From: Candidatus Acidiferrales bacterium
GTDB taxonomy: Bacteria > Acidobacteriota > Terriglobia > Acidiferrales > UBA7541
Direction of reading: 5' to 3'
DNA: 64,000 bases
Assembly (NCBI GenBank): GCA_046704165.1
Contig: JBJKSI010000125.1
Coordinates: forward strand, 5,672 to 69,671
Below the pieces are notes generated by a model. The model was not told where the DNA came from. It did no database searches and saw nothing but the letters and a program-made list of their open reading frames with translations. Each line of letters starts with the position of its first letter. The first letter of the stretch is position 1. This document shows positions 1 through 10,767 of this stretch, in pieces. The translations under genes and the position numbers were made by a program.

Positions 1-522
1 AAGACAAGGCGAGGGGGCGGAAAAGGGCGAGGCGGGGAAGCGTCAACAGAGGCGGCCAAAGCGGGACACGCTGTCGAACGGTTTCGACGACAAGTGCTGT
101 GATTGGAAGAACTTGATCTTTCGGAAGCGGCACATTTTCGTGGTTTGAGGAAAGGGAATTTGGGGCACGAAGTAGCGGGAAAAGCTCCGCACAAAGACAG
201 ACCCTGCGGGACCAGGGTAGCGGATGCGGGGACGGCTCGGCAAGAGCGGGTTCTACGTGGACAGGCGTGGGCGACGGGGTGCTGGTCATAGGTTGCTTGG
301 CGCGTCGGGATGCTTCGGCCCGATGCCTTCACGGATACGGGGCGGTCCGCATCGTTGGGATCGGACCGCTGCGCTCTGCATGACAAAGATGAGAGGGTGC
401 TTGCCGACATGCTGCGCTGGGAGTTGCTTGGCTCGTCGACAGTGTTTCGCCCGGCATGGCGGGGGACGGCGCATGCGTCGCCCCTACGGCGGAGCCAGCC
501 GCGGGAGGGGGAGGAAGGCGAC

Positions 523-560
523 GGAACCCGCGCTGAGCGAGGATGCTCAGCGCGGGTTCC
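523..560 (-). terminator. Stem-loop just downstream of the TonB-dependent receptor gene
   Basis: Perfect 16-bp inverted repeat GGAACCCGCGCTGAGC / GCTCAGCGCGGGTTCC (523-538 / 545-560) with a 6-nt loop. It lies 17 nt beyond the TAA at 577-579 on the minus strand. No U-tract follows, so terminator function is inferred. Confidence 0.5.
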
Positions 561-576
561 CGCCGGTTGAAGGTAG

Positions 577-3500
577 TTAGAAGGTGACGTGAGCGGACAG
601 CTGGAGAATCCGCCCGGTGCCGGTCGTGTTCAGAATCTGGCCGAAGGTGCCGCTGATCACGTTGCCAGACGGGTTGGCGAAGTTGGCGTGGTTCCAAACG
701 TTGAACATGTCGAGACGAAGCTGAAGGGTGGCGTGCTCGGCGAACGTCGTGTCCTTCCAGAACGACATGTCGAAGTCATTGATGCCCGGCCCGTGGTACG
801 GAACGTTGCGGCCCGCGTTACCGAGGGTGCCGTAGTTTTCCGGGGAGTAGGCGCTCGGGTTGAACCAATCGTTATTGGGCGAGGTACGCGGATTGCTGTA
901 TTCCTTCACCGTTCCGACCACCTTCGGCCGATCCCAGCAACCGTAGAACGAGATTGCGCCGGAGCACGCATAGGAGCGGTAGTCCGACTCGGAGAGCTGG
1001 ATCGGGAAGCCGGTCTGGAAGGTGGTGACACCGGAGAGTCCCCAACCGGCGCTAATCTGCCGCGGGATGACGCCGAAACCCCAGTTGGGAATGTTGTATT
1101 GGTACTGGATCACGAGTCGCTGCCGGGCGTCGTATTGGGAATCGCCGTAGCCATACGCGTAATTGAACGGATCGATCAAGCCATTCGATTGCTCATAGCT
1201 CGATCCGTAGTCCAAGGCGTGGCCGTAGGTGTAGGCGCCGCGGAGCATCAGGCCGTGGGCCATCGCCTTCTGGATCACGACCTGCAGCGAGTTGTAGCTC
1301 GAGTTCAGGAAGGTGCTCTGCGTACCCACCGAACCGTAGATGGTCGAGTCCGCCACGGTACCGATGTTGTTGGAGAGCCAGCCGTACGTCCGGCCTGAGA
1401 TGCAGGCGGCTGAATTGGCCTGGGCGGTGAAGTTGCCCGCGTCGGTCGGATCGCAATAGTTCAGGTATTGCTGAACGTTGTACGGATTGCCTTCTATGGT
1501 CCCCGTCAATTTCCGGCCGAGCGATCCGACGTAGCTGACGGTCATGATCGTCGTCGGAGTGAACTGGTACTGGGTGGTCAGGTTCATGTTCATGACGTAG
1601 GGGACGTTGAAGTTCGGGGCGATGACGTTCAGCGAGAACGGCTCGTAAGGCCCGAAGTCGACCTTTGCGCCCGGTGCAGGCGGGGTGAACGGATATGCCT
1701 GGGGGAGCGAGCCGGCGGGTTGGATAACCGCCTTATTGGTTCCGCAGTCGCTGATACAGACCGCGCTGGGGTTGACCGACGTGTACGGATTGGCAAAGGC
1801 GGGCGAGAGCCCCGCGTTGCCGATGCCGTAATTTATCAGCGAGAACGGCGGAGCGAGCAGGTTTTGCAGGAGCAGTTCCTCGGTCGCGTTGTCGTAGTAC
1901 ATGCCCCAACCGCCGCGGATGACGAACTTCTGTGTGGGGTTGTAGGCGAAACCGAGACGCGGGGCGAAGTTGCTGAGGTGAGTGACGACGCCGCCGGAGC
2001 TGTTGATGCCCTGATCGCCAGGGAACAGCAGACCCCTGGGCGCGGTCGGGAACACCGTCGATTGCCTGGAAGGATCGAAGGCGTTGACCGCGACACCGTT
2101 GTTATAGAGGTCGGTCATCGGGGTGTTGACCTGCCAGCCGATACCGTAGGTGAGGGTCAATTTGGGCTTTACCTGCCATTGATCCTGGAGATAGGAGTAG
2201 ATAAACCAGCCGCGGGCGTTGATGACGCCGCCGCTGGACTGCTCGTAGAGGTCTGGGATGCCGAGCAGGTAATCCATGCCGGGAACTCCGGTGGTGAAGG
2301 TGCCACTGCCGCCGTAGGAGAAATAGCCGTTATTCACGAAGAAGAAGGGGTTGGAGACGGTGCTGCGGCGGATGTCGACGCCGACCCTGTAGTCGTGCGT
2401 ACCCCTCACGTAGGAGAGGTTGTCGCTGAGCTCTCCGGTGTCGTCAATCCGAGGTTGTGGGCCATTGTAGGAGAAGCCGAGGTCAAAATAGCCCGTCACC
2501 CCTACGAACGGGAGCCCGGCTCCGGTCTGGTCCTGGGGAACGATGCCGGTGAAGCCGGCACTGGAGGGCAGCGTCGGATTCTGCGGATTGACCGCGAGGT
2601 AATTGAAGCGCTGCCAACCGATCCGGAAATCGTTCACCATCTGAGAATTGATGATGTGGGTTTCGTTCAGGGTGTAGCGATATTCGTTCGAGTGAGAAAC
2701 CATCCCGAAACCGGGAAGCGTGCCGCCGAGGAATGGCAACGTGGAGGGGTTGTTCAGCGGCTGGATCATGAAGAAGAAGTACGCCTGGTCACTGGACGTC
2801 GGGTGATAATCCAGGCGACCCAGATACTGGTCAGACACGTAGGTGTTGTTGTTAGGGAAGGCGTAGGTGCCTGCCGGCGTATTGGGCAGCGGGACGTACG
2901 TGTCCATCAGGCTCTTGGAGACGGAGTTGAAATCCTGTGTCGGAATCATGCCCGTGCTGAAGAGCTGCGAATAGGGCGTTCCGGCGGGGCACTTGGTGCC
3001 GCCGGCGACCGTGCAGCCCGAGTTGGCATCGCCGAAAAGCGGGAAGGGCGAAACGTTCTCGCTCAGATCGCCGACCGAACCGCTCCAGTTGCCCGCGCGT
3101 TGGGCGGCGCTGAAGACCGGCGTGTTCTCCGAGCCCCCTTCGATCGTCCGGACACCCTGGTAGCCGAAGAAGAAGAAGAGTTTGTTGTGGAGCACCGGGC
3201 CGCCGATGGTGGCACCGAACTGGTTCTGGTGGAACGGCGGGGTGGTGGGCTGGAAGAAGTCGCGGGCGTTGAAGATGGTGTCGCGATAGTAGTCGTAGGC
3301 GCTGCCATGGAAGTTGTTGGTTCCATGCTTGGTGATGACGTTGACGATCGCGCCCGAGTTCCGGCCATATTCCGGGTTCGACGTGCTATCGACCACCTTC
3401 ACTTCCTGGATGGCGTCCGGGTTCAACGGGTTCACGCCGGTGCCGAACGAGGTGTTCAAGGGCAGGTCGTTGGCGTCGGTACCGTTGATCGTGTAGTCGT

Positions 3501-4059
3501 TGGCCTGGGTACGGCTGCCATTGGTGGAGAAGGTACCGAAGCGGTCGGAGGAGGCAACGACGCCCGGCAGCGTCTGCTGCAGGTTCAGCCAGTTCAGGTT
3601 CAACAGGGGGAAGTTGGTGACCGCGGTTCCCGCGAGCTGACCTCCGAGCTGCATGGTGGTCTTGTCGATCTGAATCGGCGCGGCCTTGACCTGAACGGTC
3701 TGGGTAACGGCGCCGACCTGGAGCGTCGGCTGGAGCACGTAGGTGGCAGCCGCGCGCAGAAGGATGTCGGTCTGGGTGAAGGTCTTGAAACCGTCCTTGG
3801 TGATGACGGCCGAGTAGGTGCCCGGCGGCAGCGAGCTGATGACGAAAGTTCCGTCTGCCTGTGTCGTCATCGTTCGCGTCAGGCCAATGCTGGCATTGGT
3901 GACTTTAACCGTCGCGCCAGGAATGGCCGCGCCGGACGTGTCAGTTACCGTGCCCCGTACTTTCCCTGTGGTTCCCTGCGAGTAGCCGGTTGTGGCAAGG
4001 GCCAGCAGAAGAACCAGGGAAAACAAGGGTGCTAGAAGCGCAACGGAACGCCTCTTCAT
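577..4059 (-). CDS. TonB-dependent receptor-like outer-membrane protein with N-terminal carboxypeptidase-regulatory-like domain
   Basis: 1160-aa ORF. Signal peptide MKRRSVALLAPLFSLVLLLALA, then a CarboxypepD_reg-like segment (GKVRGTVTDTSGAAIPGATVKVTN...DGTFVISSLPPGTYSAVITKDGF). A long Gly/Asn/Tyr-rich barrel ends in aromatic ...LSAHVTF. AGGGGGG Shine-Dalgarno sequence upstream of the ATG. Confidence 0.85.
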   Translation of the reverse strand: MKRRSVALLAPLFSLVLLLALATTGYSQGTTGKVRGTVTDTSGAAIPGATVKVTNASIGLTRTMTTQADGTFVISSLPPGTYSAVITKDGFKTFTQTDILLRAAATYVLQPTLQVGAVTQTVQVKAAPIQIDKTTMQLGGQLAGTAVTNFPLLNLNWLNLQQTLPGVVASSDRFGTFSTNGSRTQANDYTINGTDANDLPLNTSFGTGVNPLNPDAIQEVKVVDSTSNPEYGRNSGAIVNVITKHGTNNFHGSAYDYYRDTIFNARDFFQPTTPPFHQNQFGATIGGPVLHNKLFFFFGYQGVRTIEGGSENTPVFSAAQRAGNWSGSVGDLSENVSPFPLFGDANSGCTVAGGTKCPAGTPYSQLFSTGMIPTQDFNSVSKSLMDTYVPLPNTPAGTYAFPNNNTYVSDQYLGRLDYHPTSSDQAYFFFMIQPLNNPSTLPFLGGTLPGFGMVSHSNEYRYTLNETHIINSQMVNDFRIGWQRFNYLAVNPQNPTLPSSAGFTGIVPQDQTGAGLPFVGVTGYFDLGFSYNGPQPRIDDTGELSDNLSYVRGTHDYRVGVDIRRSTVSNPFFFVNNGYFSYGGSGTFTTGVPGMDYLLGIPDLYEQSSGGVINARGWFIYSYLQDQWQVKPKLTLTYGIGWQVNTPMTDLYNNGVAVNAFDPSRQSTVFPTAPRGLLFPGDQGINSSGGVVTHLSNFAPRLGFAYNPTQKFVIRGGWGMYYDNATEELLLQNLLAPPFSLINYGIGNAGLSPAFANPYTSVNPSAVCISDCGTNKAVIQPAGSLPQAYPFTPPAPGAKVDFGPYEPFSLNVIAPNFNVPYVMNMNLTTQYQFTPTTIMTVSYVGSLGRKLTGTIEGNPYNVQQYLNYCDPTDAGNFTAQANSAACISGRTYGWLSNNIGTVADSTIYGSVGTQSTFLNSSYNSLQVVIQKAMAHGLMLRGAYTYGHALDYGSSYEQSNGLIDPFNYAYGYGDSQYDARQRLVIQYQYNIPNWGFGVIPRQISAGWGLSGVTTFQTGFPIQLSESDYRSYACSGAISFYGCWDRPKVVGTVKEYSNPRTSPNNDWFNPSAYSPENYGTLGNAGRNVPYHGPGINDFDMSFWKDTTFAEHATLQLRLDMFNVWNHANFANPSGNVISGTFGQILNTTGTGRILQLSAHVTF

Positions 4060-4468
4060 CAGTCCCCCCTAAGCAACGCGCAAGCGCGTTAGCAGGATTG
4101 TCGAACTTGAACCTGCTGCCCCTAGCTAATGGCGCGGATTCTACACCCGAAGCGATAGGGGAAGCAAGAAGAAAAATGCCGCAAGTGCCTGTGTTTCAAC
4201 GAGTCGCGTGATGCAACCACGTTGCAGTAGCTAAGGCATGCGGGGCGGAAACTCGAGAATTGTAACCGAGATTTAATGACTTCAGATCAAAGAAGTTGCG
4301 GGAAGGCTGCGGGACGGAGTGCCTCGGCAGAAGGCCAAGTTTGCCGCAAAGACTACCTTCGGCTGAGGCGACCGGCAGCAAATCTTCGAAATTTCTTGCG
4401 GTCAGCGAAAAACCAAAGTTGCCGCCAAGGCGCCGAAGGGTTCTCCAGGCGGTTTTTCCGGAAAGTCG

Positions 4469-4503
4469 GGACCGGGTGCGAGTCGCAGGCCCGCGCCCGG
4501 TCC
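4469..4503 (-). terminator. Hairpin downstream of eno
   Basis: GGACCGGG(TGCG)...(CGCG)CCCGGTCC stem of about 12 bp including one G:U pair, with an 11-nt loop. It lies 28 nt beyond the eno stop on the minus strand. No clear U-tract. Confidence 0.4.
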
Positions 4504-4530
4504 GGATGCCGGAAGTTTGAGTCGTGGGGG

Positions 4531-5961
<1,431 letters not shown>

Positions 5962-5995
5962 CTATGCCGGGGCGGGAAAGCGGCGATGGCGCCGA

Positions 5996-7228
5996 CTATT
6001 CGGGCTCCTCGAGCATGGATTCTTCTCTCACGACAACGACGATGCCGCTTTCGGTGACGTGATAATGCTTGCGGTCTTCCTCCAGGTCGTAGCCGATCAC
6101 GGTGTGCTCGGGCAGATCGACGTGGCGATCGACGATGGCGCGGCGCACGCGGCAATGGCGGCCGACGTTGACGTGGTTATAGAGGATCGAGTCCTCGACA
6201 TCGGAAAAGCTGTTCACGCGGACGTCATAGCCGAGCACGGAGCGCAGCACGCGGCCGCCGGAGATGATCGAACCGCCTCCGATGATCGAGTCGAGCGCCA
6301 GACCCATGCGGTTGGGGTCGGAGAAGACAAACTTGGGCGTCGGATACTGATGCTGCCAGGTGATAATCGGCCAGCTTTTGTCGTAGAGGTTGAAGATGGG
6401 GCTGACGGCGACCAGATCCATATTGGCCTCGAAATAGGCGTCGATGGTGCCGACGTCACGCCAGTAGAGGGCCTCTTTCCTGTTCTCGTCGATGAAGTTG
6501 TAGGCCCAGACGCTGTGGCGATGGAGGATCTTGGGCAGGATGTCGCGACCGAAATCATGGCGCGAGAGGGCGTCCTCGGCGTCGGCGATCAGGATCGGGA
6601 TGAGCGACTGGGTGTTGAAGATGTAGACGCCCATCGAGGCCAGGCACTTGTCGGGGTGACGGGGAGAGCGCTTGGGATCGGCGGGTTTTTCCTCGAAGCC
6701 GATGATGTGGCCGCTGGAATCGACCTCGAGCACGCCGAAGCTGTGAGCGGCTTCCGCCGCATCCACCTCGATAACCGCACAGGTGACCTCGGCGCCGGTG
6801 GCCAGATGCTGATCGAGCATCTTCTGATAGTTCATCTTGTAGATGTGGTCGCCGGAGAGGACGAAAACGAAATTCGACCGCTCGCTGCCGATGGAATAGA
6901 TGTTCTGGTAAACGGCGTCGGCGGTGCCCTGATACCAGCTCTGCGAAACGCGCATCTGCGGCGGGAGGACCTCGATGAAGTCGCCGAGTCCCATCAGCGG
7001 CGACCAGCCGCGGCGGATGTGCCGGTTCAGGCTGAGCGCCTTGTATTGGCTGAGCACGAAGATACGCCGCAGGCCGCTGTTGATGCAGTTGGAGAGAGTG
7101 ACGTCGATGATGCGGTAGATGCTGCCGAAAGGGACGGCAGGTTTGGCGCGGTCGCGGGTAAGCGGCCAGAGCCGCTCGCCCTGGCCTCCGGCCAGGATGA
7201 CGGCTACGGCTTCCTGCATCGAGTGCAT
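5996..7228 (-). CDS. glgC: Glucose-1-phosphate adenylyltransferase
   Basis: 410 aa. AVILAGGQGERLWPLTRDRAKPAVPFGSIYRIIDVTLSNCINSGLRRIFVLSQYKALSLNRHI plus a C-terminal left-handed beta-helix region. The start could be the second Met (MQEAV). Confidence 0.95.
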   Translation of the reverse strand: MHSMQEAVAVILAGGQGERLWPLTRDRAKPAVPFGSIYRIIDVTLSNCINSGLRRIFVLSQYKALSLNRHIRRGWSPLMGLGDFIEVLPPQMRVSQSWYQGTADAVYQNIYSIGSERSNFVFVLSGDHIYKMNYQKMLDQHLATGAEVTCAVIEVDAAEAAHSFGVLEVDSSGHIIGFEEKPADPKRSPRHPDKCLASMGVYIFNTQSLIPILIADAEDALSRHDFGRDILPKILHRHSVWAYNFIDENRKEALYWRDVGTIDAYFEANMDLVAVSPIFNLYDKSWPIITWQHQYPTPKFVFSDPNRMGLALDSIIGGGSIISGGRVLRSVLGYDVRVNSFSDVEDSILYNHVNVGRHCRVRRAIVDRHVDLPEHTVIGYDLEEDRKHYHVTESGIVVVVREESMLEEPE

Positions 7229-7518
7229 CGGGATCGCTCCGGATGAAAGCTGCCAGCCGGACCCTTCTGCGGACCCGGCCAGATTGGTCGAAGCGTCCTA
7301 CCGAACAGGAGGGAGCCGGAAAGCGCGCCCATTGTAACAGCATTGCGGCCGTGGCCGAAGACGGGTGGGGTCCGTTTCTGGTAAATTAGTTCTTGACTTC
7401 CGAAGGGGGCTTAGCTAGTAAGGAAGCCACCAACAGAGCTCATCAGGCTCCGTGGCAACTGTGGTCCTTCGGAGACATTCCGCAAAATCAGCCCACAGGG
7501 AGAGGGGGTGAGTCTTGA

Positions 7519-7716
7519 GTGGCTGAAGTGACGATTCAGGAAGGCGAGTCTTTGGAAAACGCCCTCCGGCGCTTCAAGCGTAAGGTGCAGCAGGAAGACA
7601 TCATCAAGGAAATCAAGCGGCACAGCTACTACTTGAAGCCCGGGGAAAAGCGTCGCGCAAAAGCAGCACTCTCGCGCAAGCGACTACGGAAGAAGCTGCG
7701 CCGCGAGCAGGACTAA
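7519..7716 (+). CDS. rpsU: 30S ribosomal protein S21
   Basis: 65 aa with a GTG start. VTIQEGESLENALRRFKRKVQQEDIIKEIKRHSYYLKPGEKRRAK is the S21 signature. Confidence 0.95.
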   Translation: MAEVTIQEGESLENALRRFKRKVQQEDIIKEIKRHSYYLKPGEKRRAKAALSRKRLRKKLRREQD

Positions 7717-7867
7717 AGGCAGTTGGGTGGGGCGTGACGTTTGGCATAACCATGATCTGTGATCTGTGCCGTGGGACGGGGTGGTCCTTCCTTCGCAGGG
7801 GTTGGTTTCAGGGGCGGCCTTGGTCTCGGCATGCTGTTCCCCGGGCGGCGGGGCATCGGAGCAGCAT

Positions 7868-8188
7868 ATGGAGTTCCACGATAAGATCCTGAAGTGTGCT
7901 GAATGTGGTGCCGAGTTTGTCTTCACTGCGGGCGAGCAGATGTTTTTCGCCGAAAAGGGTTTCCGCAACGAACCCAAGCGGTGCAAGGCGTGCAAGGCAA
8001 AGCGGGCCCAGAATCCGGGTTCCTCGACGGGTATGGGAAACGGTCACCGGGTGGAAACCCGGACCACCTGCTCTCAATGCGGCAAGGAAACCACGGTGCC
8101 ATTCAAGCCGACGCAGGGGCGCCCGGTTTACTGCCGTGAGTGTTTTCAGCAACGCCGCGCGATGGGCGCCGCCAGCCGACCGTATTAA
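7868..8188 (+). CDS. Zinc-ribbon / CxxC-x17-CxxC domain protein
   Basis: The conserved part starts at ATG 7868 (MEFHDKILKCAECGAEFVFTAGEQMFFAEKGFRNEPKRCKACK ... CSQCGKETTVPFKPTQGRPVYCRECF). It has two Cys4 ribbons. The track ORF from 7766 adds a low-complexity extension that I do not trust. Confidence 0.7.
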   Translation: MEFHDKILKCAECGAEFVFTAGEQMFFAEKGFRNEPKRCKACKAKRAQNPGSSTGMGNGHRVETRTTCSQCGKETTVPFKPTQGRPVYCRECFQQRRAMGAASRPY

Positions 8189-8276
8189 AAGGAACGGCCA
8201 GCGACACCTGATCGCGTGACGGCGGCTTTGGCCGCTTCTCGGTCACCAGGCCTGTAAGATCGGTCGGGGCGGGGGT

Positions 8277-8837
8277 GTGGCGATGGCTCGATTGAGAAGC
8301 AAGAAACAGACGAAGGGGCGGCCGGCGGGCACCGCCGGCCGTCGTTCTCCGGCCGACCGCCATACGCAGATCTTGCGCGATCACTTGGTTCGCCTGCTCT
8401 GCAAGCAACAGGCCCACGCCGGTTTCGACCGCGCGGTGGAGGACTTTCCTCCGGAACTTCGCGGTGTGAGGATTCCCGGTTCGCCGCACACTCCCTGGCA
8501 ACTGCTCGAACACCTCCGCATTGCCCAGTGGGACATTCTCGAATTCTGCCGCAATCCCCGCCACGTCTCGCCGCCCTGGCCCAAGGGCTACTGGCCGCCT
8601 ACCGAAGCACCTCCCGATGATACTGCCTGGCAGAGGAGCGTAGACTCATTCCTCGCCGACCGGCAGGCAATGGTGAACCTGGTGAAGGACCCACATACCG
8701 ACCTATTCGGCAGGATTCCGCACGGCGAGGGCCAGACGATCCTGCGCGAAGCGATGCTCATTGCCGACCACAACGCCTACCACCTGGGCCAGTTCATCCT
8801 GCTGCGGCGACTGGCCGGGGCTTGGGAGACGAGCTGA
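8277..8837 (+). CDS. DinB-family (DinB_2-like) protein
   Basis: 186 aa. WQLLEHLRIAQWDILEF ... IADHNAYHLGQFILLRR matches the DinB four-helix-bundle His motifs. The start (GTG 8277 or ATG 8283) is uncertain. Confidence 0.6.
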   Translation: MAMARLRSKKQTKGRPAGTAGRRSPADRHTQILRDHLVRLLCKQQAHAGFDRAVEDFPPELRGVRIPGSPHTPWQLLEHLRIAQWDILEFCRNPRHVSPPWPKGYWPPTEAPPDDTAWQRSVDSFLADRQAMVNLVKDPHTDLFGRIPHGEGQTILREAMLIADHNAYHLGQFILLRRLAGAWETS

Positions 8838-8961
8838 AGGTCGTAACGTCGGCGCCGCTCGTTGCCGGAAACTTTGGAACAGGGACTTTTCCCCTTAGAC
8901 TGGTTGAGCCTAGAATGCGTGTGTCGATTCTCGGCCGCCGGGTCGAGGAGAGACGGAAACG

Positions 8962-9405
8962 ATGATCCGCTTCCTCAGAGATCGGGACGGCTCAGGTAAG
9001 GAGCCGCGGAACTGGGCGCTGGGACCGCTGGAGATCCGGGTGATGGGTGTGGTCTGGACCGGCGGCGAATACTCGGTGCGCGAGGTGGCGGAGCAGTTGG
9101 ACCGGCCCCTGGCGTATACCACCGTGATGACCACGCTCGATCGCCTCTACAAGAAAGGTTTTCTCACCCGACGGAAAGCCGAACGTGCCTTCCTCTATTC
9201 CCCGCGGCTGCCGCGCCGCGAATGGGAGCGCAAGATTGCAGGGGACCTGCTCAAGGGATTCCTGGCGGGACTGGGGAATTCACGCGAGCAACTGGTGTCC
9301 TTTCTGGTAGACGCGGTGGGGCAGCACGACGAAGAACTGCTTGCGGAACTCGAGAAGAAGATTCGGACGAAACGGAGAAAACTTCTCCGAAGGGGCCCGT
9401 CATGA
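8962..9405 (+). CDS. BlaI/MecI/CopY-family transcriptional repressor
   Basis: 147 aa. Winged-helix segment LGPLEIRVMGVVWTGGEYSVREVAEQLDRPLAYTTVMTTLDRLYKKGFLTRRKAERAFLYSP. The stop overlaps the next gene's start (ATGA). Confidence 0.85.
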   Translation: MIRFLRDRDGSGKEPRNWALGPLEIRVMGVVWTGGEYSVREVAEQLDRPLAYTTVMTTLDRLYKKGFLTRRKAERAFLYSPRLPRREWERKIAGDLLKGFLAGLGNSREQLVSFLVDAVGQHDEELLAELEKKIRTKRRKLLRRGPS

Positions 9406-10382
9406 TCTCGCCTTACTTGCTGCGGCTGCTTTGCCTCTCGTTCGCCACATTTTTCCTGATCTACTTGGCGCTGAACGTGGCGAGCCTGGCCGGCGCGCGC
9501 GCGGCGATCCGGCTGGCCAAACGGCTGCGGCCGCAGGTGGCGGCGCGGCTGCTACTGGCGCTGCGGCTGGCGCCGCTGGCCGTTGCACTGTTCCTGGTGC
9601 TGGGATTGTGCCTGCCGAGTTATCTGCTGCTGGAGCCGGAAGCGCGCGTCGAACGGATCGGACTGGTGTGCCTGGGCGCGGCGCTGGCCGGCGCGGCCGG
9701 CTGGGCGATTTCCGCGTGGCGGGCGCTGCGCGCGATGGCCGTCTCGCTGGCGGATGCGCGACATTTTCGGCACGCGGGACGGTTGCTGTGCGTGGCGGGA
9801 CGGTCGCTGCCGGTCTACGTGATCGACAGCGAGAAACCGCTGCTGGCGTTGGCGGGGATTTTGTGGCCGCGGATCGTAGTTTCTCGGGGCATCGTGAGCG
9901 CGCTTTCTCCGGAACAAATGGACGCGGCGCTTGCCCACGAGCTGGCGCATTGGACTTCGCGGGACAATTTGAAGCGGCTGCTGCTGCTGTTGGCGCCGGA
10001 TCCGTTTCCCTTCTGCCACGGAGCCGGACCGTTGGACCGCAGTTGGGCGAAATTCACCGAATGGCTGGCGGACGATCGGGCGGTAGCGGGCGATTCCGGA
10101 CGTTCGCTCTCGCTGGCCTCAGCACTGGTGCGCGTGGCACGGCTGGGCGCGCCGGCCAGGCACGCGCCGCTGATGGCCACGCTGGCCGCAGCGGACGACG
10201 ATCTCTCAATCCGGGTCGACCGGCTGCTGCGACCCGAGCCGGTTTGCCAGGAGCCTCGCCGACAGACTCGAATGCTGGCGGGCGGCGCGGTAGTGGCGGC
10301 GCTGGGCCTGCTGGCATTCCTGATGCTCCAGCCGGGCACGCTGTATTCGGTCCACCAGCTTCTGGAATTCCTGATTCACTAA
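9402..10382 (+). CDS. BlaR1-like M56-family membrane metalloprotease / signal transducer
   Basis: ATG 9402 overlaps the blaI-like stop. N-terminal TM helices (MISPYLLRLLCLSFATFFLIYLAL). HEXXH zinc motif AHELAHWTSRDNLKRL. No C-terminal penicillin-binding sensor domain is evident. Confidence 0.8.
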   Translation: MISPYLLRLLCLSFATFFLIYLALNVASLAGARAAIRLAKRLRPQVAARLLLALRLAPLAVALFLVLGLCLPSYLLLEPEARVERIGLVCLGAALAGAAGWAISAWRALRAMAVSLADARHFRHAGRLLCVAGRSLPVYVIDSEKPLLALAGILWPRIVVSRGIVSALSPEQMDAALAHELAHWTSRDNLKRLLLLLAPDPFPFCHGAGPLDRSWAKFTEWLADDRAVAGDSGRSLSLASALVRVARLGAPARHAPLMATLAAADDDLSIRVDRLLRPEPVCQEPRRQTRMLAGGAVVAALGLLAFLMLQPGTLYSVHQLLEFLIH

Positions 10383-10439
10383 TCGACGAGACAAGTTGAC
10401 TTGCAGGTGCGGTCGGATTTCGTACGGGCGAATTCTGCG

Positions 10440-10643
10440 AATGGTGACCGAGACGCCGTTGCTGTCGAAGTTGGCGGCGTAGACCATGTTGGTGACCGTA
10501 TTGACCGCGACGGCATCGGGATTCGAACCAACCGTGGGCGAGGCGACCACGCTGTTGGTCGAGCCGTCGATGACCGAGACGGTGCCGCTGGTCTGGTCGG
10601 CAACGTAGATCGTGTTGGTTACCGGGTTCACCGCGATGGCCTC
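10440..10643 (-). pseudogene. Relic fragment of a YVTN-type beta-propeller repeat gene
   Basis: Minus-strand reading gives (stop)EAIAVNPVTNTIYVADQTSGTVSVIDGSTNSVVASPTVGSNPDAVAVNTVTNMVYAANFDSNGVSVTI, about 1.5 YVTN repeats. A TGA lies 4 codons upstream of the only start (GTG 10631). There is no SD. The frame then runs without similarity into the 3' end of the convergent blaR1-like gene. Confidence 0.45.
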
Positions 10644-10688
10644 TCACGCACTCACTGTCAACCCGGTGGAGGGATGAAAACTTTCCGA

Positions 10689-10734
10689 AAAAAGCAACGG
10701 CCGGGCGAGCGAACTGAGTTTCCGGCTTCGCTCG
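10689..10734 (-). terminator. Hairpin plus T-run downstream of the pseudo-receiver gene
   Basis: CGAGCGAA / TTCGCTCG 8-bp stem (10706-10713 / 10727-10734). On the minus strand it is followed after about 11 nt by TTTTTT (10689-10694). Confidence 0.4.
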
Positions 10735-10767
10735 ATTGTGGTTCGGGACGTGGAGACGCGTGTGGGC

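Noticed and set aside
1-576. Several 60-120-aa ORFs in the left-most 576 nt (for example 224-580 +, 329-697 -)
   Set aside because: They have no SD or start context, implausible compositions and mutual overlap. The only supported element here is the 16-bp hairpin at 523-560. The region may be a 3' flank or intergenic DNA.
1468-4035. 855-aa ORF on the plus strand, antisense to the TonB-dependent receptor gene
   Set aside because: Its composition is extremely Arg/Gly/Val/Asp-rich with no recognisable motif. It lies exactly opposite a gene with clear family signatures. Long antisense ORFs are expected in GC-rich DNA because stop codons are rare.
7393-7421. TTGACT-17 nt-TAGTAA as the rpsU promoter
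   Set aside because: The -10 hexamer matches the consensus at only 3/6 positions, and it would leave a leader of about 100 nt. This is too weak to report as a feature without TSS data.
9341-10399. 352-aa alternative-frame ORF overlapping the blaR1-like gene
   Set aside because: It is Gly/Ala/Arg-rich and low-complexity. The other frame carries TM helices and the HEXXH motif and is start-coupled to blaI.
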